The translations under genes and the position numbers were made by a program. Shown here one piece after another: positions 56,711-64,000 of a stretch of 64,000 nucleotides of DNA. The first letter of the stretch is position 1; each line of letters begins with the position of its first letter. The notes below the pieces were generated by a model. The model was given only the letters and a program-made list of their open reading frames with translations. It was not told the DNA's origin and did no database searches. The stretch is from the IMG/VR virus record IMGVR_UViG_3300020477_000013, positions 32,001 to 96,000 of that record, one strand, 5' to 3'. Source of the DNA: a virus (Duplodnaviria; Caudoviricetes).

Positions 56711-57010
56711 ATGAGTAATTTTGGAATTAGCATTGATGCTTTTGAGAAAGACGAAGAAATGGAAGGGACTGTTTTTGAGTTATATGAAAAGCTTCCGAAT
56801 CGTGAATTTAAGAGCCATATTCAGTTTATAAGGGCTGATAGTTTAAGGGATGCTGAAGATAAGACTGCCGAGGTTAATCCGGATTATTGGCGAACACAGT
56901 CGATACGGTCAGTCGGTGTCACATATGTGTGGGATACATTCACACAGCTCTACTATTCATATCATATGGCCAAGTCAGCATTAGGTTTGGATAAATTGAC
57001 GGATGAGTAA
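56711..57010 (+). CDS. hypothetical protein
   Basis: 99-aa ORF with SD GGGG. Confidence 0.6.
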   Translation: MSNFGISIDAFEKDEEMEGTVFELYEKLPNREFKSHIQFIRADSLRDAEDKTAEVNPDYWRTQSIRSVGVTYVWDTFTQLYYSYHMAKSALGLDKLTDE

Positions 57011-57016
57011 AGTAAT

Positions 57017-57460
57017 ATGGAACTTCTTCGTGAGTATGTTAGGACATTATTAGAACAACACACCCAATCAGAGGACCCCTCTTCGGCCGAGCCTTTAAAC
57101 GGTGCTGTGACGGTCGCTGGGATCCCTATTAGCGTTGAAATTGCATCTACTCCAAAATTAAGAAAAGCCGGCCTAATGAACCGAGCGCATCTTGAGCGTG
57201 GAATGCTTTTTTGCTTTCCTGATTGCCGCCCTAGATCATTTTGGATGAAAAATACGCATGTGCCACTGTCGATAGCTTATGCAGATGATAACGGCATTAT
57301 AACAAATATAGAAGACATGGATCCGCATAGTCTCACCGGTGTAAAGTCAATAACTCCAGCTACTTATGCTTTGGAGATGGAGCAGGGGTGGTTTGATAAA
57401 AATGGGGTAGTTCCAGGAGACAAGATTGGGGGTCGCAATGTCAGAAAAAGTAAAAGTTAG
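57017..57460 (+). CDS. DUF192-family protein carrying the N-terminal signal peptide
   Basis: MELLREYVRTLLEQ; VEIA.TP..R..GLM.R....GMLF.F.....SFWMKNT.VPLSIAY.D..G.I..I..M.P......ALEM..GWF. Confidence 0.8.
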   Translation: MELLREYVRTLLEQHTQSEDPSSAEPLNGAVTVAGIPISVEIASTPKLRKAGLMNRAHLERGMLFCFPDCRPRSFWMKNTHVPLSIAYADDNGIITNIEDMDPHSLTGVKSITPATYALEMEQGWFDKNGVVPGDKIGGRNVRKSKS

Positions 57461-58211
57461 GGGCTATATGAAGCCGGCCGCTAGTTTTCATACGTTGGTA
57501 GAGTGGGATATTGTTGTAGCACAGTTACTAGAGCTTCAGCATGAGGGAATTGACACTCGAGGTGGAATAGTACAAGATCAAAGGTTGATAGATATTTTAA
57601 ATAATTTCTTCGGATATCAGCTTATCGATGAGGTGGCTAGGTGGGATTTACTAACACAAAAAAATGTGCTTGACTTTATCGAGGACTTTGTCAATCATAG
57701 GTTTTGGAGTTTTGAGAGAGAATATTCACATTATTTTCCTGATATTAACAGGCTTAAATTCGCATATTTCTATTCTAGGGGTGACATGGAACCATATGTG
57801 ATGCTTGATGATGAGTATACTATCCAGCTTTATGGTTCCACATATAATCCTAAGCTGTTATGTCACTATACCACCGAAGAGGGTGCAAAGAGACTGTCTG
57901 ATGCAATATCGAGAGGTATAGAATATGACATATCAAGCTTTACAGTGATGGATCGCCCATTTTTTAGGAAAGAGTCGAATGTGCTGGTAACGTTTATAGG
58001 GAATGTTAGAGCAGGATTCAGGAGTGACATTAAATCGATGGCACTTGATACGGGTCGCCGAGCATGCAACATGTATCGACTTGAGTACCCGGGTAGGGAC
58101 ATTAATAATATATGTTATGAACTTGACACGTGCGATTCTGATGTAAGGACTAGCTTGTGGAATGAGTACATTGCTACGCCTATTGAGATAGTAGGAATTT
58201 CGTCGAGGTAG
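57438..58211 (+). CDS. hypothetical protein, possible ART-like C-terminal half
   Basis: LCHYTT...ISSFT...F.SDI.S...GRR...WNEYI; no signal peptide. Confidence 0.55.
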   Translation: MSEKVKVRGYMKPAASFHTLVEWDIVVAQLLELQHEGIDTRGGIVQDQRLIDILNNFFGYQLIDEVARWDLLTQKNVLDFIEDFVNHRFWSFEREYSHYFPDINRLKFAYFYSRGDMEPYVMLDDEYTIQLYGSTYNPKLLCHYTTEEGAKRLSDAISRGIEYDISSFTVMDRPFFRKESNVLVTFIGNVRAGFRSDIKSMALDTGRRACNMYRLEYPGRDINNICYELDTCDSDVRTSLWNEYIATPIEIVGISSR

Positions 58212-58248
58212 TTTTGTACAACTTACCTTGTTGTTATAAATTGAATTC

Positions 58249-58683
58249 ATGAGATGGATTCCTCCAAAGTCGCCCCACGGATTAATACAAGAAACCCTCT
58301 GGCCTGATGAGTGGAGAATCCTGGTTTCTTGCCTTTTATTAAACATGACTACACGAAGGCAGGTCGACAGGGTAATAGACCAGCTCTTTCATTTGTATCC
58401 AGGCCCTGTTAGTATGTCTATGGCAAAAGATGAAGATCTTCATGCAATTATAAAGCCCCTGGGGCTAGCAAACAAGCGTGTAAAGACCCTTAAGCGGTTT
58501 TCAACAGAGTACCTGGAGAAAGATTGGGCTTCACCTTTAGAGCTATATGGGTGTGGTAAATATGCTAACGATACGTGGAGAATTTTCTGTCAAGGGGAGT
58601 GGCGTGAGACAACACCCGATGACCATGCCCTTACTAACTATCATAACTATCTAAAATTAGTGAGAGAGCAAGAAAATGCCTGA
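58249..58683 (+). CDS. HhH DNA glycosylase closely resembling the MBD4 catalytic domain
   Basis: WIPPKSPHGLIQETLW.D.W..LV....LN.T...IKPLGL...R.KT...FS.EYL.K.W..P.ELYGCGKYAND..RIFC..EW....PDDH.L..YH follows the eukaryotic MBD4 glycosylase pattern. Confidence 0.85.
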   Translation: MRWIPPKSPHGLIQETLWPDEWRILVSCLLLNMTTRRQVDRVIDQLFHLYPGPVSMSMAKDEDLHAIIKPLGLANKRVKTLKRFSTEYLEKDWASPLELYGCGKYANDTWRIFCQGEWRETTPDDHALTNYHNYLKLVREQENA

Positions 58684-59476
58684 AGGACCAGAGGTTAGAA
58701 AAATAGCACAGACTCTTGCTGGTGCCGTATCAGGTGAAACGCTTAACTCAGTAGAGGTTGTTAGCGGGAGATATTTAAAGAAAGACCCTTCCGGGATAAA
58801 CTTATTCAGGCAACAGCTTCCTAAAAAGGTTGTGGGAGCAGGATGTCACGGCAAATTTATGTATTGGATGCTTGACGATGAGTGCTCTATTTGGTCTACG
58901 CTGGGGATGACCGGCGAGTGGACGTTAGAAAAATCAAAGCATACAAGGTTAATTTTCAAGCTAGGGAATAATGAAGTATACTTTAATGATCAGAGAAATT
59001 TTGGTACGCTAAAATTTGTTCGCGGTAAATTTGCGCTAATAGAAAAACTGCAATCATTAGGCCCTGATATGTTGGCTGAGGATGTCACAGACTCAAATTT
59101 TATTTCTCAAATTCGAAAAAAACCTGGGTGGGAGATCACAAAAGCATTGATGGACCAGGCGATCGTCGCCGGCGTCGGGAATTATATTAAGTCTGATTCA
59201 TTATGGCTTTCAAAAATTAGTCCTCATAGAAAAGTATGCGACCTCAATGATGTTGAGCTTAAGTCATTGAATAATGCAATAAAGCGCATTATGAGGGAAA
59301 GCTTTAATACCGGTGGCTCAACAATAGAGACGTATAAGGATTCTACTAAAGAAGGAGAATACACAAGACGTTTTCTTGTTTATAATCAAAAAATGGATCC
59401 TGACGGAAATAAGGTCGTTAGGGAATTAACGGCAGACAATAGGACAACACATTGGTGTCCTGACATACAAATTTAG
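58676..59476 (+). CDS. Fpg/Nei DNA glycosylase with a zincless finger
   Basis: MPEGPEV N-terminus, GKFMYW, LGMTG, DQRNFG, LGPD, LMDQ..VAGVGNY; C-terminal VYNQKMDPDGNKV...RTTHWCP.IQ without a four-Cys finger. Confidence 0.9.
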   Translation: MPEGPEVRKIAQTLAGAVSGETLNSVEVVSGRYLKKDPSGINLFRQQLPKKVVGAGCHGKFMYWMLDDECSIWSTLGMTGEWTLEKSKHTRLIFKLGNNEVYFNDQRNFGTLKFVRGKFALIEKLQSLGPDMLAEDVTDSNFISQIRKKPGWEITKALMDQAIVAGVGNYIKSDSLWLSKISPHRKVCDLNDVELKSLNNAIKRIMRESFNTGGSTIETYKDSTKEGEYTRRFLVYNQKMDPDGNKVVRELTADNRTTHWCPDIQI

Positions 59477-59486
59477 GAGCTAAATT

Positions 59487-59711
59487 ATGAATGACAATGG
59501 TTTTAAATTTTCAGATGATGTTATTGCGCAGGTTGCAAAACTAATACAGGTTGCAATTCTAACTGGTACTGACATAGTTGATCACTTACGGCAGGTGAGG
59601 CTTAAGTTGACAGGAGATACGCTTTACGTAGATGATGATTATGCTTCATCATTTGAAGACAATATCCAGTCAATGCTTAAGGAGCTTGAAGAGAATGCCA
59701 CAGGCGAGTGA
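59487..59711 (+). CDS. hypothetical protein
   Basis: 74-aa ORF with SD AGGAG. Confidence 0.65.
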   Translation: MNDNGFKFSDDVIAQVAKLIQVAILTGTDIVDHLRQVRLKLTGDTLYVDDDYASSFEDNIQSMLKELEENATGE

Positions 59712-60084
59712 CAATGATATGTTAGAAGAGATGTTTTTTCTTCGTGAAAGATTCATGTCTAGACTAACAGCAGAAAAGCCAGATCAGTATCCTACGTGGC
59801 CTATTGATTTAAGTGATAAGAGATCCCAGCAGCATGTTCGTGATATGGCCCTCCGCGGCGTCGAAGAGATGTTTGAGGCATTACAACATTTAAAAAACTG
59901 GAAGCCTCACCGTGACACAGAGGTAAGGGAATTCGATAAAGAAGAATTCATAGAGGAAATAGTAGATGCATTTAACTATTTTCTTTCTGTGTTAGTGTTA
60001 ACAGGTGTTAGTGCTGCTGATTTACACAATGCATACCTCAAGAAAGATTCTATTATCCATGATAGGCTTGAAAACGGCTACTAG
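59695..60084 (+). CDS. all-alpha (dimeric/MazG-like) dUTP/dCTP pyrophosphatase
   Basis: EEMFEALQHLKNWKPH...FIEEIVDAFNYF...Y..K..I...R...GY; ATG 59695 has SD AAGGAG. Confidence 0.75.
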   Translation: MPQASDNDMLEEMFFLRERFMSRLTAEKPDQYPTWPIDLSDKRSQQHVRDMALRGVEEMFEALQHLKNWKPHRDTEVREFDKEEFIEEIVDAFNYFLSVLVLTGVSAADLHNAYLKKDSIIHDRLENGY

Positions 60085-60740
60085 GCAGGAATAGGTAGGA
60101 TAAAGTTAAATACTGCTAGGTAGTGACATGCACTACCCAGCAATACTAAGATATGCCATATCGAGTGATAATATTTTTTATGGTCATTAATGTAGAAGTA
60201 TACTCCGACCGTGTAGGATATTCCACCCATCAGCATTAACATCAATCCTTCAGGGTGTACGGTCTCTATGAGGGGGCCCACCATGAATAGTCCTATCCAC
60301 CCTAGCAGCAAATAGCTGGCAAGTGAAATAGTTTCTGATACATTGAAGTAGAATATCTTCCACATTACTCCAGATATTGCTAAGAACCAGACGCATGTGA
60401 ATAAGATCATACCCCAATCTTGCTTTAGGGGTATGAGTAGTAGGGGCGAGTACCCACCTGCTATCATGATATAGATGCACGCATGATCTAGTATCCGGAA
60501 TTTTCTTTTGAGCTGTTTCTCCATAGTTCCGTGAAACAAGGCGGATGAGCTCAGGCCAAGGAATGCAGACCCCCCGTACAGTATGACTGCTAATGTTTTC
60601 CAGCCTCCCCCCAATAAGATAGAGTCGGAAATTAAGAAGTATGTCCCCACAGCTATAAAAAATGCACCGCATGCATGTGTCATGCAATTAATCCATTCTT
60701 CTTTTTGTGTCTTGTTTGAGACACAACTGTGAGATTGCAT
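60081..60740 (-). CDS. hemolysin III / PAQR-family membrane protein
   Basis: EEWIN..TH..G, SSALFH, FRILDHACIYIMIAGGYSP, GGISYTVGVYFY, YHSIWH.LVL.GS.CHY; seven hydrophobic helices. Confidence 0.9.
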   Translation of the reverse strand: MQSHSCVSNKTQKEEWINCMTHACGAFFIAVGTYFLISDSILLGGGWKTLAVILYGGSAFLGLSSSALFHGTMEKQLKRKFRILDHACIYIMIAGGYSPLLLIPLKQDWGMILFTCVWFLAISGVMWKIFYFNVSETISLASYLLLGWIGLFMVGPLIETVHPEGLMLMLMGGISYTVGVYFYINDHKKYYHSIWHILVLLGSACHYLAVFNFILPIPA

Positions 60741-60924
60741 AGTACCCCTTAAGATAAAAACGATATGCCTGTAATTACATATTCTATTCAGGCGGCAAAA
60801 TTCGATATTGGGATATAACTTTTTTATTTTTTTTATTATTGTATGTTATTATGCCGCTAAACCGTGCGGCTGTTTGAGTGTATTTGCATTTTTGTGAATA
60901 ATTAATTTGTGGAGGCAACACTAG

Positions 60925-61473
60925 ATGAAGATTCCTGCATTGCGAAAGATTATTAGAGAAGAGCTAATAAAGAATTACTTATTCGAATTCGGCGATTGCC
61001 CCGGGACTGATTCATTACCTGACGGCGCAAAAGCCTTGGTGAAAGAAGATGATGATGAGGTCCAGAAAGATGTAGACTATAATGTCGATGCCACTGGCGC
61101 AAAAGTAACAGGAAAGATGGCCAAGGCCATGGACCCTAATGCAAGTGCTAAAGAATTTGCTATTGCTGATGAGAAGATCGATAAGTCAGGTACCCCGAAA
61201 GAGCAGGCAGGGATGTTAGCAAAATTTGCTTTAGATTATGTCGAGGGTGATACCGCTGAAGCTACATCAATATTAAAGTTGGCATCTACAACTGGTATTA
61301 AAGGCCTAGGGACAACGGCTCCTGAAGATGAAGCAGCAGAGGGTGATGCAGCATCCGAAGACGCCGGCGAAGATTTTAAGAAAGGGATGTCTGAAGGGCT
61401 GTCTAAGAGTAGGATGATTGAGATAATCAAAGAAGAGATTGCTAGCCATTATTTAGCCACGATAAGAAAATAG
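60925..61473 (+). CDS. acidic hypothetical protein with the signal-like peptide at both ends
   Basis: N-terminal MKIPALRKIIREE...YLFE and C-terminal LSKSRMIEIIKEE; SD GGAGG; late motif at 60898-60905. Confidence 0.75.
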   Translation: MKIPALRKIIREELIKNYLFEFGDCPGTDSLPDGAKALVKEDDDEVQKDVDYNVDATGAKVTGKMAKAMDPNASAKEFAIADEKIDKSGTPKEQAGMLAKFALDYVEGDTAEATSILKLASTTGIKGLGTTAPEDEAAEGDAASEDAGEDFKKGMSEGLSKSRMIEIIKEEIASHYLATIRK

Positions 61474-61508
61474 ATAACCAAATTTTGGTTTTTGCATGTA
61501 AATTCTAG

Positions 61509-61541
61509 ACCCATGTGTTAATATAACACATGGGTTTTTTT
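61509..61541 (+). terminator. perfect hairpin plus T-run, probable terminator, overlapping the dnaE promoter
   Basis: ACCCATGTGTTA-ATA-TAACACATGGGT, 12-bp stem, followed by TTTTTT. Confidence 0.7.
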
Positions 61542-61554
61542 AAGCGAGGGTTTT

Positions 61555-64000
61555 TTGGGTAAGACACCGAAGAAGTTTGTTGGGATGCATGCTCATGATG
61601 GATTTTCTACGTTCGATGGTTTAGGATATCCACAAGAGCATATAGATTTTGTAAAAAGTAATGATATGGACGCGTGGTGCTTGACAAACCATGGCCATAT
61701 GAATAGTTTTTGCCATGCATATTTGCATGCTGAAAAGTTAAATAAGGCTGGCGGAAATTTTAAGTTTGTCGCAGGTTGTGAGATGTATGTACATCCCGAC
61801 TTAGATGCCTGGCGCTTAGACTATGATATTCGCGCAGCAGCAAAGAAGGGTGACAAGGAGGCGTTGTTTAGGCTTCGCGATGAGAGGGAGAAGCTTATAA
61901 CGCCTATTACGATGAAGGTTGATGCCGATGATGAGACCCTAGATATATCCACCGATGAAGCTAGTCTTACAATCGAGAATGAGGAAGAAACGAAGTCCGG
62001 AAAATTTTACGACCCCATTAAGAGACGCCATCACTTAGTTGTTTTGCCAAAAACCTCCGAAGGCTTAAGGAGGTTATTTCACCTGGTGTCTAGAGGTTAC
62101 CTGGAGGGATTCTATAGGTTTCCACGTATTGACTATAAGATGTTAAAAGAGGCCGCCCAGGGTGGCCACCTGATGGTGTCTACCGCATGTCTAGGTGGGC
62201 CCTTGGCATATGAAGTTTTTCGTCACTTACAAGAGGTTGAGTTTGATTCACTGGATCCTAAGTGGATGGATGATCCGTCACTACAACAAAAGATATTAAA
62301 TGGCGTCTCAAATTCTTATGGTCAGTTGGCCGATGCGGTGGGTAAAGAGAATGTGTATGTTGAACTACAGTTTAATCACCTTGTTGCCCAACATCTAGTC
62401 AATAGGGCTCTCATTCAATTTGCAAATAATGAGGGCATGCAAGATAAGCTTGTAGTTACATGTGATTCTCACTATGCGCATCCTGAACACTGGAAAGAAC
62501 GTGAATTGTATAAAAAGCTGGGGTGGTTAAACTATAGGGAGTTTGATCCGTCAAAACTACCTCAGTCCAAGGAAGAGCTTAAGTGTGAGCTATATCCTAA
62601 AAACGCACAGCAGGTGTGGGAATCTTACATTAATACAACTAAAGAGTATGATTTCTATGACGATGATATAATTTGTGATGCCGTAGAGCGGACATATGAC
62701 ATTGTTCATGACGAAATTGGAGACATTCATCCAGATAAGTCTATGAAACTCCCAGATTATGTTGTTCCAGCTGGTAAGAGTGATGATAGGGCCCTGTTGG
62801 ATATGTGTAAGGAGGGATTAATTGATAGAGGTTTAGCAGATAAGCCTGAATATATAGACAGGCTAAAGAAAGAACTCTCCGTCATTAGGGAAAAGAAATT
62901 TTCAAAATATTTCTTAACGATGAAAGCTATCATGGATCTTGCCAGAGGTCATATGCTGGTCGGGCCCGGCCGTGGATCAGCTGCCGGCAGTTTGGTAGCA
63001 TATGTTTTATATATCACCAATGTTGACCCGATCGAATATGGGTTACTTTTTGAGCGTTTTCTGAGCGTTCATAGGCAGGGTGCACCTGACATTGATTCCG
63101 ATGTCGGGGATCGTGATAAGCTGATTGATCTGCTTAAAGAAAATTTCGGTGATAATAATATCGTACCAATCTCAAATTATAATACATTTAAACTTAAGTC
63201 ATTAGTCAAAGATATTTCTAGGTTTTACGGAATTCCATTTGATGAAGTCAATAAGGCACTAGCTCCTGTTGAGAATGACGTTAAGAAAGCTGTCTTTAAG
63301 AAAGGGACAGACAAGAACCTCTTTACTCTCTTGTATGAAGATGCAATTAAGTACAGCAAGTCATTCCAGGATTTTATTGAGAAATATCCAGAGATTGCAG
63401 AACCTATTGAGGTGCTATTTAAGCAAAATAAAGCCCTAGGCAGGCATGCAGGAGGAGTAATAGTCTCAGAAAATGTAGCTGAGCAGATGCCCTTGATCAT
63501 GGCTCGTGGCGAAATTCAGACACCCTGGGTAGAGGGTATGCACTACAAGCACCTCGAGGAGCTAGGATGGATTAAATTTGACCTCCTCGGCCTTGAGACG
63601 TTGCGCATCATTGAGAGATGCATAGCATTGATTCTACAGCGCCACGAGGGCCATGAATCACCCTCCTACTTGAATGTCAAAGAGTGGTTTAACGATCATA
63701 TGGATCCGAAGGTGATTGATTTTGATGACCAGCAGGTTTATGAGAAAATCTACCACGCTGCAAGATGGGCAGGTATTTTCCAGTGTACCGCAAGGGGAGC
63801 ACAAAATTTCTTTAAGAAAGGAAAGCCCTGTAGCATTATTGACATTGCAACGCTTACATCAATTTACAGGCCCGGGCCTCTTACCGCCGGCGTGCATGAC
63901 ATATATTTAGGTGCAAAATCTAATCCAGATGATGTCGACTATAAACACCCTCTTATTAAGCAGGTGCTTGAGCCTACATACGGTGCCATTATTTTTCAAG
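61555..64000 (+). CDS. dnaE: DNA polymerase III alpha subunit (family C), 5' part; runs off the window and is absent from the ORF track
   Basis: TTG start after GAGG; continuous frame: PHP domain HAHDGFSTFDG...LTNHG...GCEMY...HHL...TCDSHY, then GPGRGSAAGSLVAY...ITNVDP...FERFL...PDIDSD, GRHAGG and KFDLLGL. Confidence 0.93.
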   Translation, partial: MGKTPKKFVGMHAHDGFSTFDGLGYPQEHIDFVKSNDMDAWCLTNHGHMNSFCHAYLHAEKLNKAGGNFKFVAGCEMYVHPDLDAWRLDYDIRAAAKKGDKEALFRLRDEREKLITPITMKVDADDETLDISTDEASLTIENEEETKSGKFYDPIKRRHHLVVLPKTSEGLRRLFHLVSRGYLEGFYRFPRIDYKMLKEAAQGGHLMVSTACLGGPLAYEVFRHLQEVEFDSLDPKWMDDPSLQQKILNGVSNSYGQLADAVGKENVYVELQFNHLVAQHLVNRALIQFANNEGMQDKLVVTCDSHYAHPEHWKERELYKKLGWLNYREFDPSKLPQSKEELKCELYPKNAQQVWESYINTTKEYDFYDDDIICDAVERTYDIVHDEIGDIHPDKSMKLPDYVVPAGKSDDRALLDMCKEGLIDRGLADKPEYIDRLKKELSVIREKKFSKYFLTMKAIMDLARGHMLVGPGRGSAAGSLVAYVLYITNVDPIEYGLLFERFLSVHRQGAPDIDSDVGDRDKLIDLLKENFGDNNIVPISNYNTFKLKSLVKDISRFYGIPFDEVNKALAPVENDVKKAVFKKGTDKNLFTLLYEDAIKYSKSFQDFIEKYPEIAEPIEVLFKQNKALGRHAGGVIVSENVAEQMPLIMARGEIQTPWVEGMHYKHLEELGWIKFDLLGLETLRIIERCIALILQRHEGHESPSYLNVKEWFNDHMDPKVIDFDDQQVYEKIYHAARWAGIFQCTARGAQNFFKKGKPCSIIDIATLTSIYRPGPLTAGVHDIYLGAKSNPDDVDYKHPLIKQVLEPTYGAIIFQ

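Noticed and set aside
56581-56714. Short hydrophobic ORFs between the cupin and 56711 genes (22 aa from 56581; 38 aa from GTG 56598)
   Set aside because: Too short and frame-ambiguous to call. The 38-aa frame ends in an ATGA overlap and may be real, but nothing else supports it.
58249-59476. Assigning the window to a eukaryotic giant virus because of the MBD4-like and Nei1-like genes
   Set aside because: Capsid, neck, sheath, tube, SD sequences, amidase and DnaE all indicate a tailed bacteriophage.
60852-60870. GCCGC-TAAACCGT-GCGGC hairpin as a c-di-GMP-type riboswitch
   Set aside because: Only a 5-bp stem; the other conserved riboswitch elements are missing.
1-64000. Stop-codon reassignment, seen in some large phages
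   Set aside because: Conserved genes are full length in the standard bacterial code, and TAG and TGA fall at the expected C-termini (for example tail tube DNCVLQY-TAG, RecA-TGA).
38006-64000. Inteins or introns in recA, dnaB, nrdJ or dnaE
   Set aside because: Lengths are ordinary, catalytic motifs are contiguous and no splice-junction or homing-endonuclease motifs were seen. The acidic insert in the DnaE PHP domain is short and lacks intein ends.
1-64000. tRNA or rRNA genes
   Set aside because: Intergenic gaps are short and none shows cloverleaf or T-loop (GTTCGA-type) structure in a non-coding context.

Overview
This window is a slice of a large T4-like myovirus (jumbo-phage-type) genome, with almost every gene on the + strand. 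From 1 to 33.6 kb is the virion module: ribosomal protein bS21, scaffold, gp23-like major capsid protein, a PAS-domain protein, a tubulin/FtsZ homologue, neck proteins, two paralogous tail sheaths, tail tube, a tail chaperone with a probable +1 frameshift, tape measure and baseplate. From 33.7 to 46.3 kb are replication and metabolism genes: a small family-A polymerase, HD protein, gp32-like SSB, RecA, 5'-3' exonuclease, DnaB, class II RNR, ClpP, amidase and ThyX. The most striking feature is at 46.3-56.2 kb: 13 consecutive genes, mostly joined by overlapping stop/start codons, with unrelated bodies (ART-like, GNAT, HExxH, transglutaminase-like, SH3/KOW, LETM1-like). All carry a short amphipathic peptide ending in a hydrophobic-x-Glu motif (MKLLREYIRxLLxE or MKITKRQLxxIIxE). 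The same peptide separates the modules of a ~1100-aa polyprotein and marks four more genes elsewhere. I infer it is a capsid-targeting/prohead-protease signal defining a shuffled set of virion-packaged effectors. The window ends with MBD4-like and Mimivirus-Nei1-like glycosylases, a dUTPase-like gene, one reverse-strand hemolysin-III gene and the 5' part of dnaE. I saw no tRNA, rRNA or CRISPR array. All protein calls come from motif recognition by eye; no database searches were run.
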